Assembly (NCBI GenBank): GCA_045863855.1
Contig: BTVV01000158.1
Location: forward strand, 1 to 13,109
Direction of reading: 5' to 3'
Length of the DNA: 13,109 bases
From: Planctomycetota bacterium
GTDB lineage: Bacteria; Planctomycetota; SZUA-567; H5-PLA8
The notes beneath the pieces were generated by a model. The model did not search any database, was not told the origin of the DNA, and saw only the letters and a program-made list of their open reading frames with translations. How positions within the stretch are numbered: position 1 is the stretch's first letter; every line of letters starts with the position of its first letter. Shown piece by piece: positions 1-6,891 of the stretch. The translations under genes and the position numbers were made by a program.

Positions 1-909
1 GGCATCGACGTGCGTGTAGAGTTCCGTCGTCGCGATGTTGGCGTGTCCGAGCAGTTCCTGAACGGCGCGCAGATTGGCGCCGCCTTCCAGCAGGTGCGTC
101 GCGAAGCTGTGCCGCATCGTGTGCGGGCTGACTTTCCCCGTCAGGCCGATACGCTTGGCGTATTTGCGCAGCAGCGACCAGACCGCTTGGCGGTCCAGCG
201 GCCGGCCGCCCTTGCTCAAAAACAGCCGCCCGCCGTCCCGCGTGCCGCGTTGTTTCGGCCGGACCGAAACCGTGTAGCGCCGCAGCGCCGCCAGCGCGCT
301 GTGCCCCACCGGCACGACGCGCGTCTTGCTCCCCTTCCCCGTCACGCGCACCACGCCTTGAGTAGCGTCCAGGTCCTCTTCGCACAGCCCGCACAGTTCG
401 CTGACCCGCAGGCCCGAAGCGTACAGCAGTTCCAGGATCGCACGGTCGCGGCACGGAAGCCGCCAACGCTTTGCGCTACTGCTCGTTTCCTCATGCGGCG
501 CCCGGACCAGCGCGTCGGCGTGATCGGCGCTAAGCACATGGGGCAACCGGCGCCACGTGCGCGGCGCATCGACGGTGGCCGACGGATCGGCGGAAAGCAA
601 TCCTTCGTGGACCAGGAAACGCATGAACACGCGCACCGCCGCTAAAGCACGAGCCACGGAAGACTCCCGGTGGCCGCGCTGCGATCGCTGCAAGGACATG
701 AAGGCGCCGACGTGCGAAGCGTCGATCTCGGAGGCGCATCCGATCCCTCGATCGTCGAGGTACCGCGCGAATTGTTCCAGATCCCGGCCGTAGGACGTGA
801 CCGTATGCGCCGAAAGTCCGCGCTCGACGGACAGATGCTCCAGAAACGCCGCGCGTTCGGCGGCAAGGCTGGCCGCGGCGGCGCGTTCGGACGGGCGAGT
901 GTCGGGCAT
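1..909 (-). CDS. xerD: Tyrosine recombinase, XerC/XerD family (XerD-like); 3' end truncated by window edge
   Basis: Manual translation of the minus strand from ATG at 909 stays open to base 1: MPDTRPSERAAAASLAAERAAFLEHLSVERGLSAHTVTSYGRDL...RDRAILELLYASGLRVSEL...VTGKGSKTRVVP...SPHTMRHSFATHLLEGGANLRAVQELLGHANIATTELYTHVDA. All catalytic residues (R, K, HxxR, H, Y) are present. GGGGAAG lies upstream of the ATG. Choosing XerD over XerC is less certain than the family call. Confidence 0.9.
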   Translation of the reverse strand, partial: MPDTRPSERAAAASLAAERAAFLEHLSVERGLSAHTVTSYGRDLEQFARYLDDRGIGCASEIDASHVGAFMSLQRSQRGHRESSVARALAAVRVFMRFLVHEGLLSADPSATVDAPRTWRRLPHVLSADHADALVRAPHEETSSSAKRWRLPCRDRAILELLYASGLRVSELCGLCEEDLDATQGVVRVTGKGSKTRVVPVGHSALAALRRYTVSVRPKQRGTRDGGRLFLSKGGRPLDRQAVWSLLRKYAKRIGLTGKVSPHTMRHSFATHLLEGGANLRAVQELLGHANIATTELYTHVDA

Positions 910-979
910 GGCGGGACTTCCCCGGATCGTTTCCTTCGTATCGTCCAATCGGCGGCCCCAACTGCACTCGAATGCCCAG

Positions 980-1008
980 TGGACGGGTGGCCCCGCGCGC
1001 ACTATAAA
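980..1008 (+). promoter_or_regulatory. Candidate sigma70-type promoter for the NtrC-family gene
   Basis: TGGACG (980-985), a 17-nt spacer, then TATAAA (1003-1008). It is a rare AT-rich patch in the divergent intergenic region, about 35 nt before ATG 1043. Confidence 0.45.
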
Positions 1009-1042
1009 AAGGTGGCAGGAATGCCGCCGCTATCGATAGGAA

Positions 1043-2656
1043 ATGGCTGACTCCATGAGCGATAATGCAGCCGAACCGGCCAAGGGTCCGACGCGACGGA
1101 TCCTGGCTATCGAAGACGATGCCAGCTACGGACTGCTGTTGCGCTATCAGCTTCAGCGCGAGGGCTACGAGCCCGCCGTGGTCACCAGCGGCGAGGAAGG
1201 CCTGCGCCGGCTCCAGGAACTCGAACCTTCCGTCGTCCTGCTCGACGTGATGCTCCCCGGTAAAGACGGGCGCCAGATCCTCGACGAGATCCACCGCATT
1301 CATCCCGAACTGCCGGTCGTCATGATCACCGCCGCCGGCTCCGTCGAGATGGCCGTCGAATGCATGAAGCGCGGCGCGTACGACTTCCTCACCAAGCCCT
1401 TCGAATTCGAACGGCTCTACGCGATTCTGCGCAACGCCATCGAGTACCACGAACTCAAGAAGCAGTTGAAGCAGCTGGAAGGCGCGCTGATCCAGCGCCA
1501 CGACTTCGAGCAGATCGTCGGGGTCTCCGAGCGCATGCGCCGCGTCGTCGACCAGGCCAAGCGCGCCGCGGCTTCCGATTCCGACGTGCTCATCCTGGGC
1601 GAATCGGGAACCGGCAAGGAAGTCCTCGCCCGGGCGGTGCATTACAACTCGGTACGCCGCAAAGGCCCCTTCGTCGCGATCAACTGCGGCGCGATCCCCG
1701 AAGGCCTCCTCGAAAGCGAACTCTTCGGGCACGAGAAAGGCTCGTTCACCGGCGCCGTCGCGCGCCGCACCGGCTGCTTCGAACAGGCCGAAGGCGGCAC
1801 CCTCTTCCTCGACGAGATCGGCGAGATGCGCCCCGACATGCAGGTGCGCCTCCTCCGCGCCCTCGAACAGCGCGAAGTCCGCCGCGTCGGCAGCGACAAA
1901 ACCATCAAGGTCAACGTCCGTGTCCTCAGCGCCACCAACCAGAACCTGACTCGCCGCATCAAGGATGCCAAGTTCCGCACCGACCTCTATTACCGCCTCG
2001 CCATCCTGATCCTCGATATCCCGCCGCTGCGCGAACGCCCCGAGGATATCGCGCCGCTCGCCCAGCACTTCCTCGCCCTCGCGCACCGCGAAGGCCACAC
2101 CCGCGCCACCGAATTCGCTCCCGACGCCCTCGAAGTTCTGAAGCGCTACGAATGGCCCGGCAACGCCCGCGAGCTGCGCAACGCCATCGAACGCGCCGTC
2201 GTCTTCGAAGACAGCGGCATGATCCAGGTCGGCAGCCTGCCGCCCGAACTCGTCCGCCGCGTCGCCCTCGCCGCCTCCGGAGCCGCCGCGCCCGAACCCC
2301 GCGCCGCCGAAGGCGGGATGTACGCCAGCGCCGCCGCCGGAGCGCCCCCGCGCCCGCTCACGCCCTCGCGCATGTCCACCCCTTCCATCCTCGCCGCCGT
2401 CTCCGCCGCCGCCGCTACCGGCACGCCAGCCGCCGCGCCCAAAGCCGCCCCCGCCGAAGCCCGCGACGACGGCGAAATCATGACCATGGAAGACGAAGAA
2501 AAGAAGATCATCCTCCGCGCCCTCGCCCTCACCGACGGCAACATCTCCGAATCCGCCCGCCGGCTAGGACTCCACCGCTCCACCTTGCACCGCAAGATGG
2601 CCCGCTACGGACTCGCCACCGAGGAAGATCTCGAAGCCGCCGAGAACGAAAGCTGA
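1043..2656 (+). CDS. Sigma54-dependent response regulator (NtrC/AtoC family; REC, AAA+, Fis-type HTH)
   Basis: REC motifs ILAIEDD, VLLDVMLPG, MITA, FLTKPF; Walker A GESGTGKE; ESELFGHEKGSFTGA; Walker B LFLDEIGE; FRTDLYYRL; WPGNARELRN; C-terminal GNISESARRLGLHRSTLHRKM. The start could be 1043 or 1055. Confidence 0.97.
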   Translation: MADSMSDNAAEPAKGPTRRILAIEDDASYGLLLRYQLQREGYEPAVVTSGEEGLRRLQELEPSVVLLDVMLPGKDGRQILDEIHRIHPELPVVMITAAGSVEMAVECMKRGAYDFLTKPFEFERLYAILRNAIEYHELKKQLKQLEGALIQRHDFEQIVGVSERMRRVVDQAKRAAASDSDVLILGESGTGKEVLARAVHYNSVRRKGPFVAINCGAIPEGLLESELFGHEKGSFTGAVARRTGCFEQAEGGTLFLDEIGEMRPDMQVRLLRALEQREVRRVGSDKTIKVNVRVLSATNQNLTRRIKDAKFRTDLYYRLAILILDIPPLRERPEDIAPLAQHFLALAHREGHTRATEFAPDALEVLKRYEWPGNARELRNAIERAVVFEDSGMIQVGSLPPELVRRVALAASGAAAPEPRAAEGGMYASAAAGAPPRPLTPSRMSTPSILAAVSAAAATGTPAAAPKAAPAEARDDGEIMTMEDEEKKIILRALALTDGNISESARRLGLHRSTLHRKMARYGLATEEDLEAAENES

Positions 2657-2784
2657 CCCGCACTCACGCGCGCTCCGGCACTCGAATCGGATGAGGCATG
2701 GCGCGCGCCCCCGCGCCGTGTTACGCTCCTAGTCGAGCGGCAAGTTCCACGACTCCGCCGCGCCCGAACAGAACTCGAGTCTCC

Positions 2785-4128
2785 ATGCACGACCCGGACG
2801 CCGAAGAAACTCCCGATTCCGCACCCCAGCCACCGGACGAAGCGGATGCCTCCTCCGCACCCGTCCCCGCGCTGCGCTCCGTCCAGGCCGAACCCGTTCA
2901 AGTCAAGGGCGGCGCCACCGGCGGCGGCGAAGACGAGATGGTCGTCGTGCTCCAGGATTCCGAACACCTCGCACCCCAGCCGGCCGTACTCAGCCCCGCC
3001 GCTTACGCGCTTGTCCAACTCTTCGACGGACGCCGCAGCGCCACCGAGATCGCCGAACTCTTCGAACAGATGTACGGGCAGGAAGTCCCCGTCGAACAAG
3101 TCCACGCGCTCAAGCGCGAACTCGACCAAGCCCTCTTTCTCAACAGCCCGCACTTCGAGAAGACCATCAAGGCCCAGCTCGTCGGCTACCTCAAGGCCAA
3201 GGTCCGCCCCGAAGCCCACGCCGGGCAGGCCTATCCCGAAGAGCCCCCCGAACTGCGCAAAACCGTCGAAGGCTTCTTCACGCTCCCCGGCGCGCCCGGC
3301 GTCCTCCCGCCCGCGCAGCCCGCCGCGAGCCACAGCCTCCGCGCGCTCATGCTGCCGCACATCGATCTGCGCGTCGGCGGAGCCGCCTATGCGCACGGCT
3401 ACAAGGAACTCCTCGAGAAAAGCCAGGCCGATCTCTTCGTCATCCTCGGCGTCGCGCATCAGGCCCTCGCCGAAGGAACTTTCTACGTCTCGCGCAAGCA
3501 TTTCTGCACGCCCTTCGGCGAAGTGAAGACCGAACGCGGCCTCGCCGGACGCCTCCAGAAAAAAGCCGGCCTCGAAGAAGCCATGGCCGAATTCGCCCAC
3601 AAGTCCGAGCACTCCATCGAATTCCAGACCACCCTGCTCCAGACGCTCCTGCACGAACGCGCCGGACGCGACTTCGAGATCGTCCCCATCCTCTGCGGCT
3701 CCGTCGAACCCTTCGTCGAAGCCGAAAAGAATCCCTGCGGCGACGACCGCTTCAAACGCTTCGTCGAAACGCTGGGCGAGGAACTCGCGCACTGCAAGCG
3801 CCGCTGGTGCGTCATCGCCAGCGTCGATCTCAGCCACGTCGGCCCCAAGTTCGGCCACTCCACCTCCATGGACGAAAAGCTGCTCAAGCCCGTCGCGCGG
3901 GCCGACCGCAAGATGCTCGGCTACCTCGAACGCCTCGACGCCTCCGGCTTCTTCCAGGAAATCCTGCGCACCCAGAACTCGCGCAACGTCGACGCCGTCA
4001 TGGCCATGCTCGCCCTGCTTACCCTCGGCGAAGGCCAGCTCAAGCAGGGCAAGCTCCTCCATTACGCCCAAAACTTCGAAGCCGCCACCAAGTCCGCCGT
4101 CACCTACGCCAGCATGTCCTTCGAGTAA
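2785..4128 (+). CDS. Memo1-like protein (AmmeMemoRadiSam system protein B family) with N-terminal extension
   Basis: Memo motifs PHID, ILGVAH, TPFG, HKSEHSIEFQ, IVPILCG, IASVDLSHVG and terminal SAVTYASMSF. The ORF opens at 2698, but ATG 2785 is preferred because a TG-n-TACGCT extended -10-like element lies at 2719-2727. Confidence 0.88.
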   Translation: MHDPDAEETPDSAPQPPDEADASSAPVPALRSVQAEPVQVKGGATGGGEDEMVVVLQDSEHLAPQPAVLSPAAYALVQLFDGRRSATEIAELFEQMYGQEVPVEQVHALKRELDQALFLNSPHFEKTIKAQLVGYLKAKVRPEAHAGQAYPEEPPELRKTVEGFFTLPGAPGVLPPAQPAASHSLRALMLPHIDLRVGGAAYAHGYKELLEKSQADLFVILGVAHQALAEGTFYVSRKHFCTPFGEVKTERGLAGRLQKKAGLEEAMAEFAHKSEHSIEFQTTLLQTLLHERAGRDFEIVPILCGSVEPFVEAEKNPCGDDRFKRFVETLGEELAHCKRRWCVIASVDLSHVGPKFGHSTSMDEKLLKPVARADRKMLGYLERLDASGFFQEILRTQNSRNVDAVMAMLALLTLGEGQLKQGKLLHYAQNFEAATKSAVTYASMSFE

Positions 4129-4136
4129 CCCCACGC

Positions 4137-4811
4137 ATGCCCGATTCCGCCGCCGAGATCGCCAACAAGCGCCGCCTCTTCCGCCGCCGGCTGGCCCAAA
4201 GCGTCCGCGCGCTTTCCGAACGCTCCGCCCCGCTGCGCGCCTGGATCGAAACGTGCGGCCCCTGCACCCTCGAAATCCGCTGGGAACAAAGCCCCTACGA
4301 ATCCCTCGTCCGCGCCATCGCGCACCAACAGCTCCACGGCCGCGCCGCGCAGACGATCCTCGGACGCCTCCAGGCCGGCTTTCGCGGCGACGGCTTTCCC
4401 GAACCCAAGCAGCTCGCCCGAGTCAAGCTCGATAAGCTCCGCCGCATGGGCTTCTCCGCCGCCAAAGCCGCCGCGATTCAAGGCATCGCCGCCGCCACGA
4501 TCCAAGGCCAAGTCCCAGACCGCGCCGAAGCCGAACGCCTTTCCGACGCCGAACTGATCCAACGCCTCGTCGCGCTCAAAGGCGTCGGCGTCTGGACCGT
4601 CGAAATGCTCCTCATCTTTACCCTTGGCCGCCTCGACGTGATGCCCGCCGACGATTTTGGCGTCAAAACCGGCCTGAAATTACTCCTCGAGCTGCCCGAT
4701 CTGCCCAAGAAGCCCGCCTTCGCCGAACACACCGCCGCCTGGAGCCCCCACCGCTCCGTCGCCGCCTGGTATCTTTGGCGCCGCGCCGACGCCGCCAAAT
4801 CCCCAGCCTGA
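4137..4811 (+). CDS. DNA-3-methyladenine glycosylase II (AlkA/Mag-like, HhH-GPD superfamily)
   Basis: PYESLVRAIAHQQLHG, helix-hairpin-helix LKGVGVWTVEM, catalytic-Asp region DVMPADDFGV, WSPHRSVAAWYLW. ATG 4137 is 8 nt after the Memo stop; the upstream part of ORF 3807..4811 is overlap shadow. Confidence 0.93.
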   Translation: MPDSAAEIANKRRLFRRRLAQSVRALSERSAPLRAWIETCGPCTLEIRWEQSPYESLVRAIAHQQLHGRAAQTILGRLQAGFRGDGFPEPKQLARVKLDKLRRMGFSAAKAAAIQGIAAATIQGQVPDRAEAERLSDAELIQRLVALKGVGVWTVEMLLIFTLGRLDVMPADDFGVKTGLKLLLELPDLPKKPAFAEHTAAWSPHRSVAAWYLWRRADAAKSPA

Positions 4812-4830
4812 ACGCCCGTATCGCGGGCGT
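4812..4830 (+). terminator. GC-rich hairpin immediately after the glycosylase stop (possible terminator or 3' stabiliser)
   Basis: ACGCCCG-TATCG-CGGGCGT forms a perfect 7-bp stem. There is no U-tract, so intrinsic termination is uncertain. Confidence 0.4.
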
Positions 4831-4886
4831 ACCGCCCGCTCTGCCATACGTTCTGTTCGCGGCCTGCCAAAGAGAAGCCAGACGGT

Positions 4887-4939
4887 GTGCCGTGCATTAA
4901 TTCCCCCTTACCAAGGGAGAGTTAGAGGCGGTGCCGTGC
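4887..4939. repeat. Short palindromic REP-like unit flanked by 9-bp direct repeats
   Basis: GTGCCGTGC at 4887-4895 and 4931-4939 flanks TCCCCCTT-ACC-AAGGGAGA (4902-4920; 8-bp arms, 1 mismatch). Confidence 0.4.
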
Positions 4940-4983
4940 GGTAGGGGTTAACCAAGTGCTGCGAGTTCATTGACGTGGGCCAG

Positions 4984-5026
4984 TATGCGGGCAGCCATGC
5001 AAAGGCATCCACCAGCCACCCGCATA
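4984..5026. repeat. Inverted repeat downstream of the secreted-protein gene (possible 3' hairpin)
   Basis: TATGCGGG (4984-4991) pairs with CCCGCATA (5019-5026), with an inner ATGC-AAAG-GCAT stem (4997-5008). It lies 20 nt past the minus-strand stop at 5047. Confidence 0.45.
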
Positions 5027-5046
5027 AGCAACCGTAAGGAACCTGC

Positions 5047-5775
5047 TTAGAGCTTTATTCGCTCCGGATCGATCTTCTGATTCCACTTCATCTCCGAATA
5101 GGTCTCGGTAAAGGTGGTCGAGCCTGCCGGCGCCTCTAGAATCGTTACGCGCTTTAGCGGCAAAGCCTTTACGGGATCGAGCCAGAACGTGCTATTAATC
5201 TTGATCTCGCCTTGGGTCGCTTGGGTTTCGACGATCTGAGCTTCCCGGTTATCGACCGTCTCTTTTTCACCCAGTTTGTAGGAAATAATGGGCGCAATCG
5301 TATTCATGCTGAGGGGCGGCAAATCTTTCTTGGGAGGCGGATTCTTGGGCGGAATCATGGCATTGACCGACGTAAATATGCCCAATCGAAGCCACGATTT
5401 GGTGAAATTCTCCTTAAAGTGCGAAGGCGCATACGTTCTCTGTTCGCTCTTCTCCTGAGCGGCTCCCATGACAACCGACACCAGGTATTCGGAACCGTTC
5501 GACCGCTGGTCCATACTGATTGATTTGCGCTGCATCTCGCCCGAATAAGTGATCTTACCCTTATTTCCGGTCTCTAACACCACTTCGCCGGTCAAATCCA
5601 CAGCCTTAATTCCGTTCTGAACGGCGCTGACCTGATACTTGAATTCCAGACTGGTGGTGCGGATCAGAAAGTCCTCCATTTTTCCAATCAACCGCCTGGC
5701 CTCGTTGCTATCCTGAGCGCCAAGGACACTTCCCCACAACATCGCCAACACGAGGCCCGATCGTTTCAAGCTCAT
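5047..5775 (-). CDS. Secreted hypothetical protein, possibly LolA/LolB-like beta fold
   Basis: Long open frame with a Sec-type signal (MSLKRSGLVLAMLWGSVLGA-QD). A beta-rich body and the tail YKLGEKETVDNREAQIVE...FWLDPVKALPLKRV...ETYSEMKWNQKIDPE resemble LolA-like proteins (inference). GGAG upstream favours ATG 5775 over 5790. Confidence 0.75.
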   Translation of the reverse strand: MSLKRSGLVLAMLWGSVLGAQDSNEARRLIGKMEDFLIRTTSLEFKYQVSAVQNGIKAVDLTGEVVLETGNKGKITYSGEMQRKSISMDQRSNGSEYLVSVVMGAAQEKSEQRTYAPSHFKENFTKSWLRLGIFTSVNAMIPPKNPPPKKDLPPLSMNTIAPIISYKLGEKETVDNREAQIVETQATQGEIKINSTFWLDPVKALPLKRVTILEAPAGSTTFTETYSEMKWNQKIDPERIKL

Positions 5776-6074
5776 AAGAATTATCTCCATAAGTAGTGAA
5801 CCGACCCGCGAATATACCTCAACAACAGGCCGGTTGACCGCCTAATCCGCCACTGTTCGGATGCGCACCAGAAACCCTCCGCCGCGCCCCCCTCATTCCG
5901 CCCCGGAACGGCATCGGAAAGTAGAGCGCAACCTGCCACCTCGCGCGCCTGCGCCGTTAACTGGAAACCGGAATCGGCCCGCGCCACCAGCCGCTTTCAA
6001 ACATGTGCGATCGGGCCGCCCGGTCAGCCGCTCCAAGAGGCGCGGCGATTCTAGTCGCCCGTAAGGATCGAGAT

Positions 6075-6887
6075 TCAGCACGCTTCCCAGGCTTCAAGTC
6101 GCGCGAGGATACGCGCCGGGCTCGTCAGGCCGCGGATCGCCTCGGCAAAGTTCCCTCGCGCCAATCGCGCCACCTGCACCAAGGCATTCAGATGAGGCCG
6201 CCCCGTCTGACCGCTCAGCAGGAACACCGCCATCCGTATGGGTTGCCCGTCAGGGGTCGGAAAGGGCAGGGGCCATCCCAGAGAAAGGAGCACCGCCGCA
6301 GGTGCTGCGCCGCGTACGACCGCATGCGGCGCGTACACCCCGAAGCCCAGCATCGAAGGAGCTTCGGCCTCGCGTGCAAGCACTTGCTGGACGAGTTGCC
6401 CAGGCGACGGGGAGGGCGTCCAAGACAGCCGAGAGACGGCCACTTCAACGAGGTCGTCCAGGCGCTGACATTCCAGTCCAGCCACCACTCGCTCCGCGCT
6501 CAATAACTGCCGCAGGCTCGCACGGTCGCCGGTTTTGGGGCGTCCGGTTGGAAACTCGCGGTCGAGAAACGCCCGCACACGCGCGAGGTCAGGAGCGCGC
6601 AGATCGCGCTTGGCGATCTCCAGAAACAGGGCGCCCGCCGCCGGTTCCTGCTTCACGTAGCTCGATACCGCCGGGCCGGTCTGCTCGGCCAGTTCCAGGA
6701 GTAATGGCGGCGGTACATCCAACTCTCGTGCGATCGCCAGGAGCCGATCCGGCGTCGGCACCGCGTCGTGGCCATGCTCCACGCGGCTCAAATACGCGCC
6801 GGATACGCCGATCCGCTGCGCCAGTTCGCGCAGCCCTATTCCCGCGCCCGCGCGCAAGAGCCGCAGCGTTGCTCCAAAGTGAGCCAT
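6075..6887 (-). CDS. XRE-family helix-turn-helix protein fused to a PTS EIIA (Ntr/fructose-mannitol type) domain
   Basis: N-terminal FGATLRLLR...GLRELAQRIGVSGAYLSRVEHG (XRE HTH). C-terminal REAEAPSMLGFGVYAPHA (EIIA phospho-His motif, H188), FPTPDGQPIR and HLNALVQVARL. Starts 4 nt after the antiporter stop. Confidence 0.88.
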   Translation of the reverse strand: MAHFGATLRLLRAGAGIGLRELAQRIGVSGAYLSRVEHGHDAVPTPDRLLAIARELDVPPPLLLELAEQTGPAVSSYVKQEPAAGALFLEIAKRDLRAPDLARVRAFLDREFPTGRPKTGDRASLRQLLSAERVVAGLECQRLDDLVEVAVSRLSWTPSPSPGQLVQQVLAREAEAPSMLGFGVYAPHAVVRGAAPAAVLLSLGWPLPFPTPDGQPIRMAVFLLSGQTGRPHLNALVQVARLARGNFAEAIRGLTSPARILARLEAWEAC

Positions 6888-6891
6888 TGCG

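Noticed and set aside
10..645. 211-aa plus-strand ORF
   Set aside because: Antisense shadow of the Xer recombinase; no motifs of its own.
1013..1027. GG-N10-GC (TGGCAGGAATGCCGC) upstream of the NtrC-family gene
   Set aside because: Spacing is right, but the -12 element is CCGC rather than TTGC; such matches are frequent in GC-rich DNA.
530..2098. 522-aa minus-strand ORF (also 1360..2694 on +)
   Set aside because: Antisense or frame-shifted shadows of the NtrC-family gene; long stop-free frames are expected at this GC content.
2605..4134. 509-aa minus-strand ORF
   Set aside because: Codon-aligned antisense of the Memo gene; no recognisable domain.
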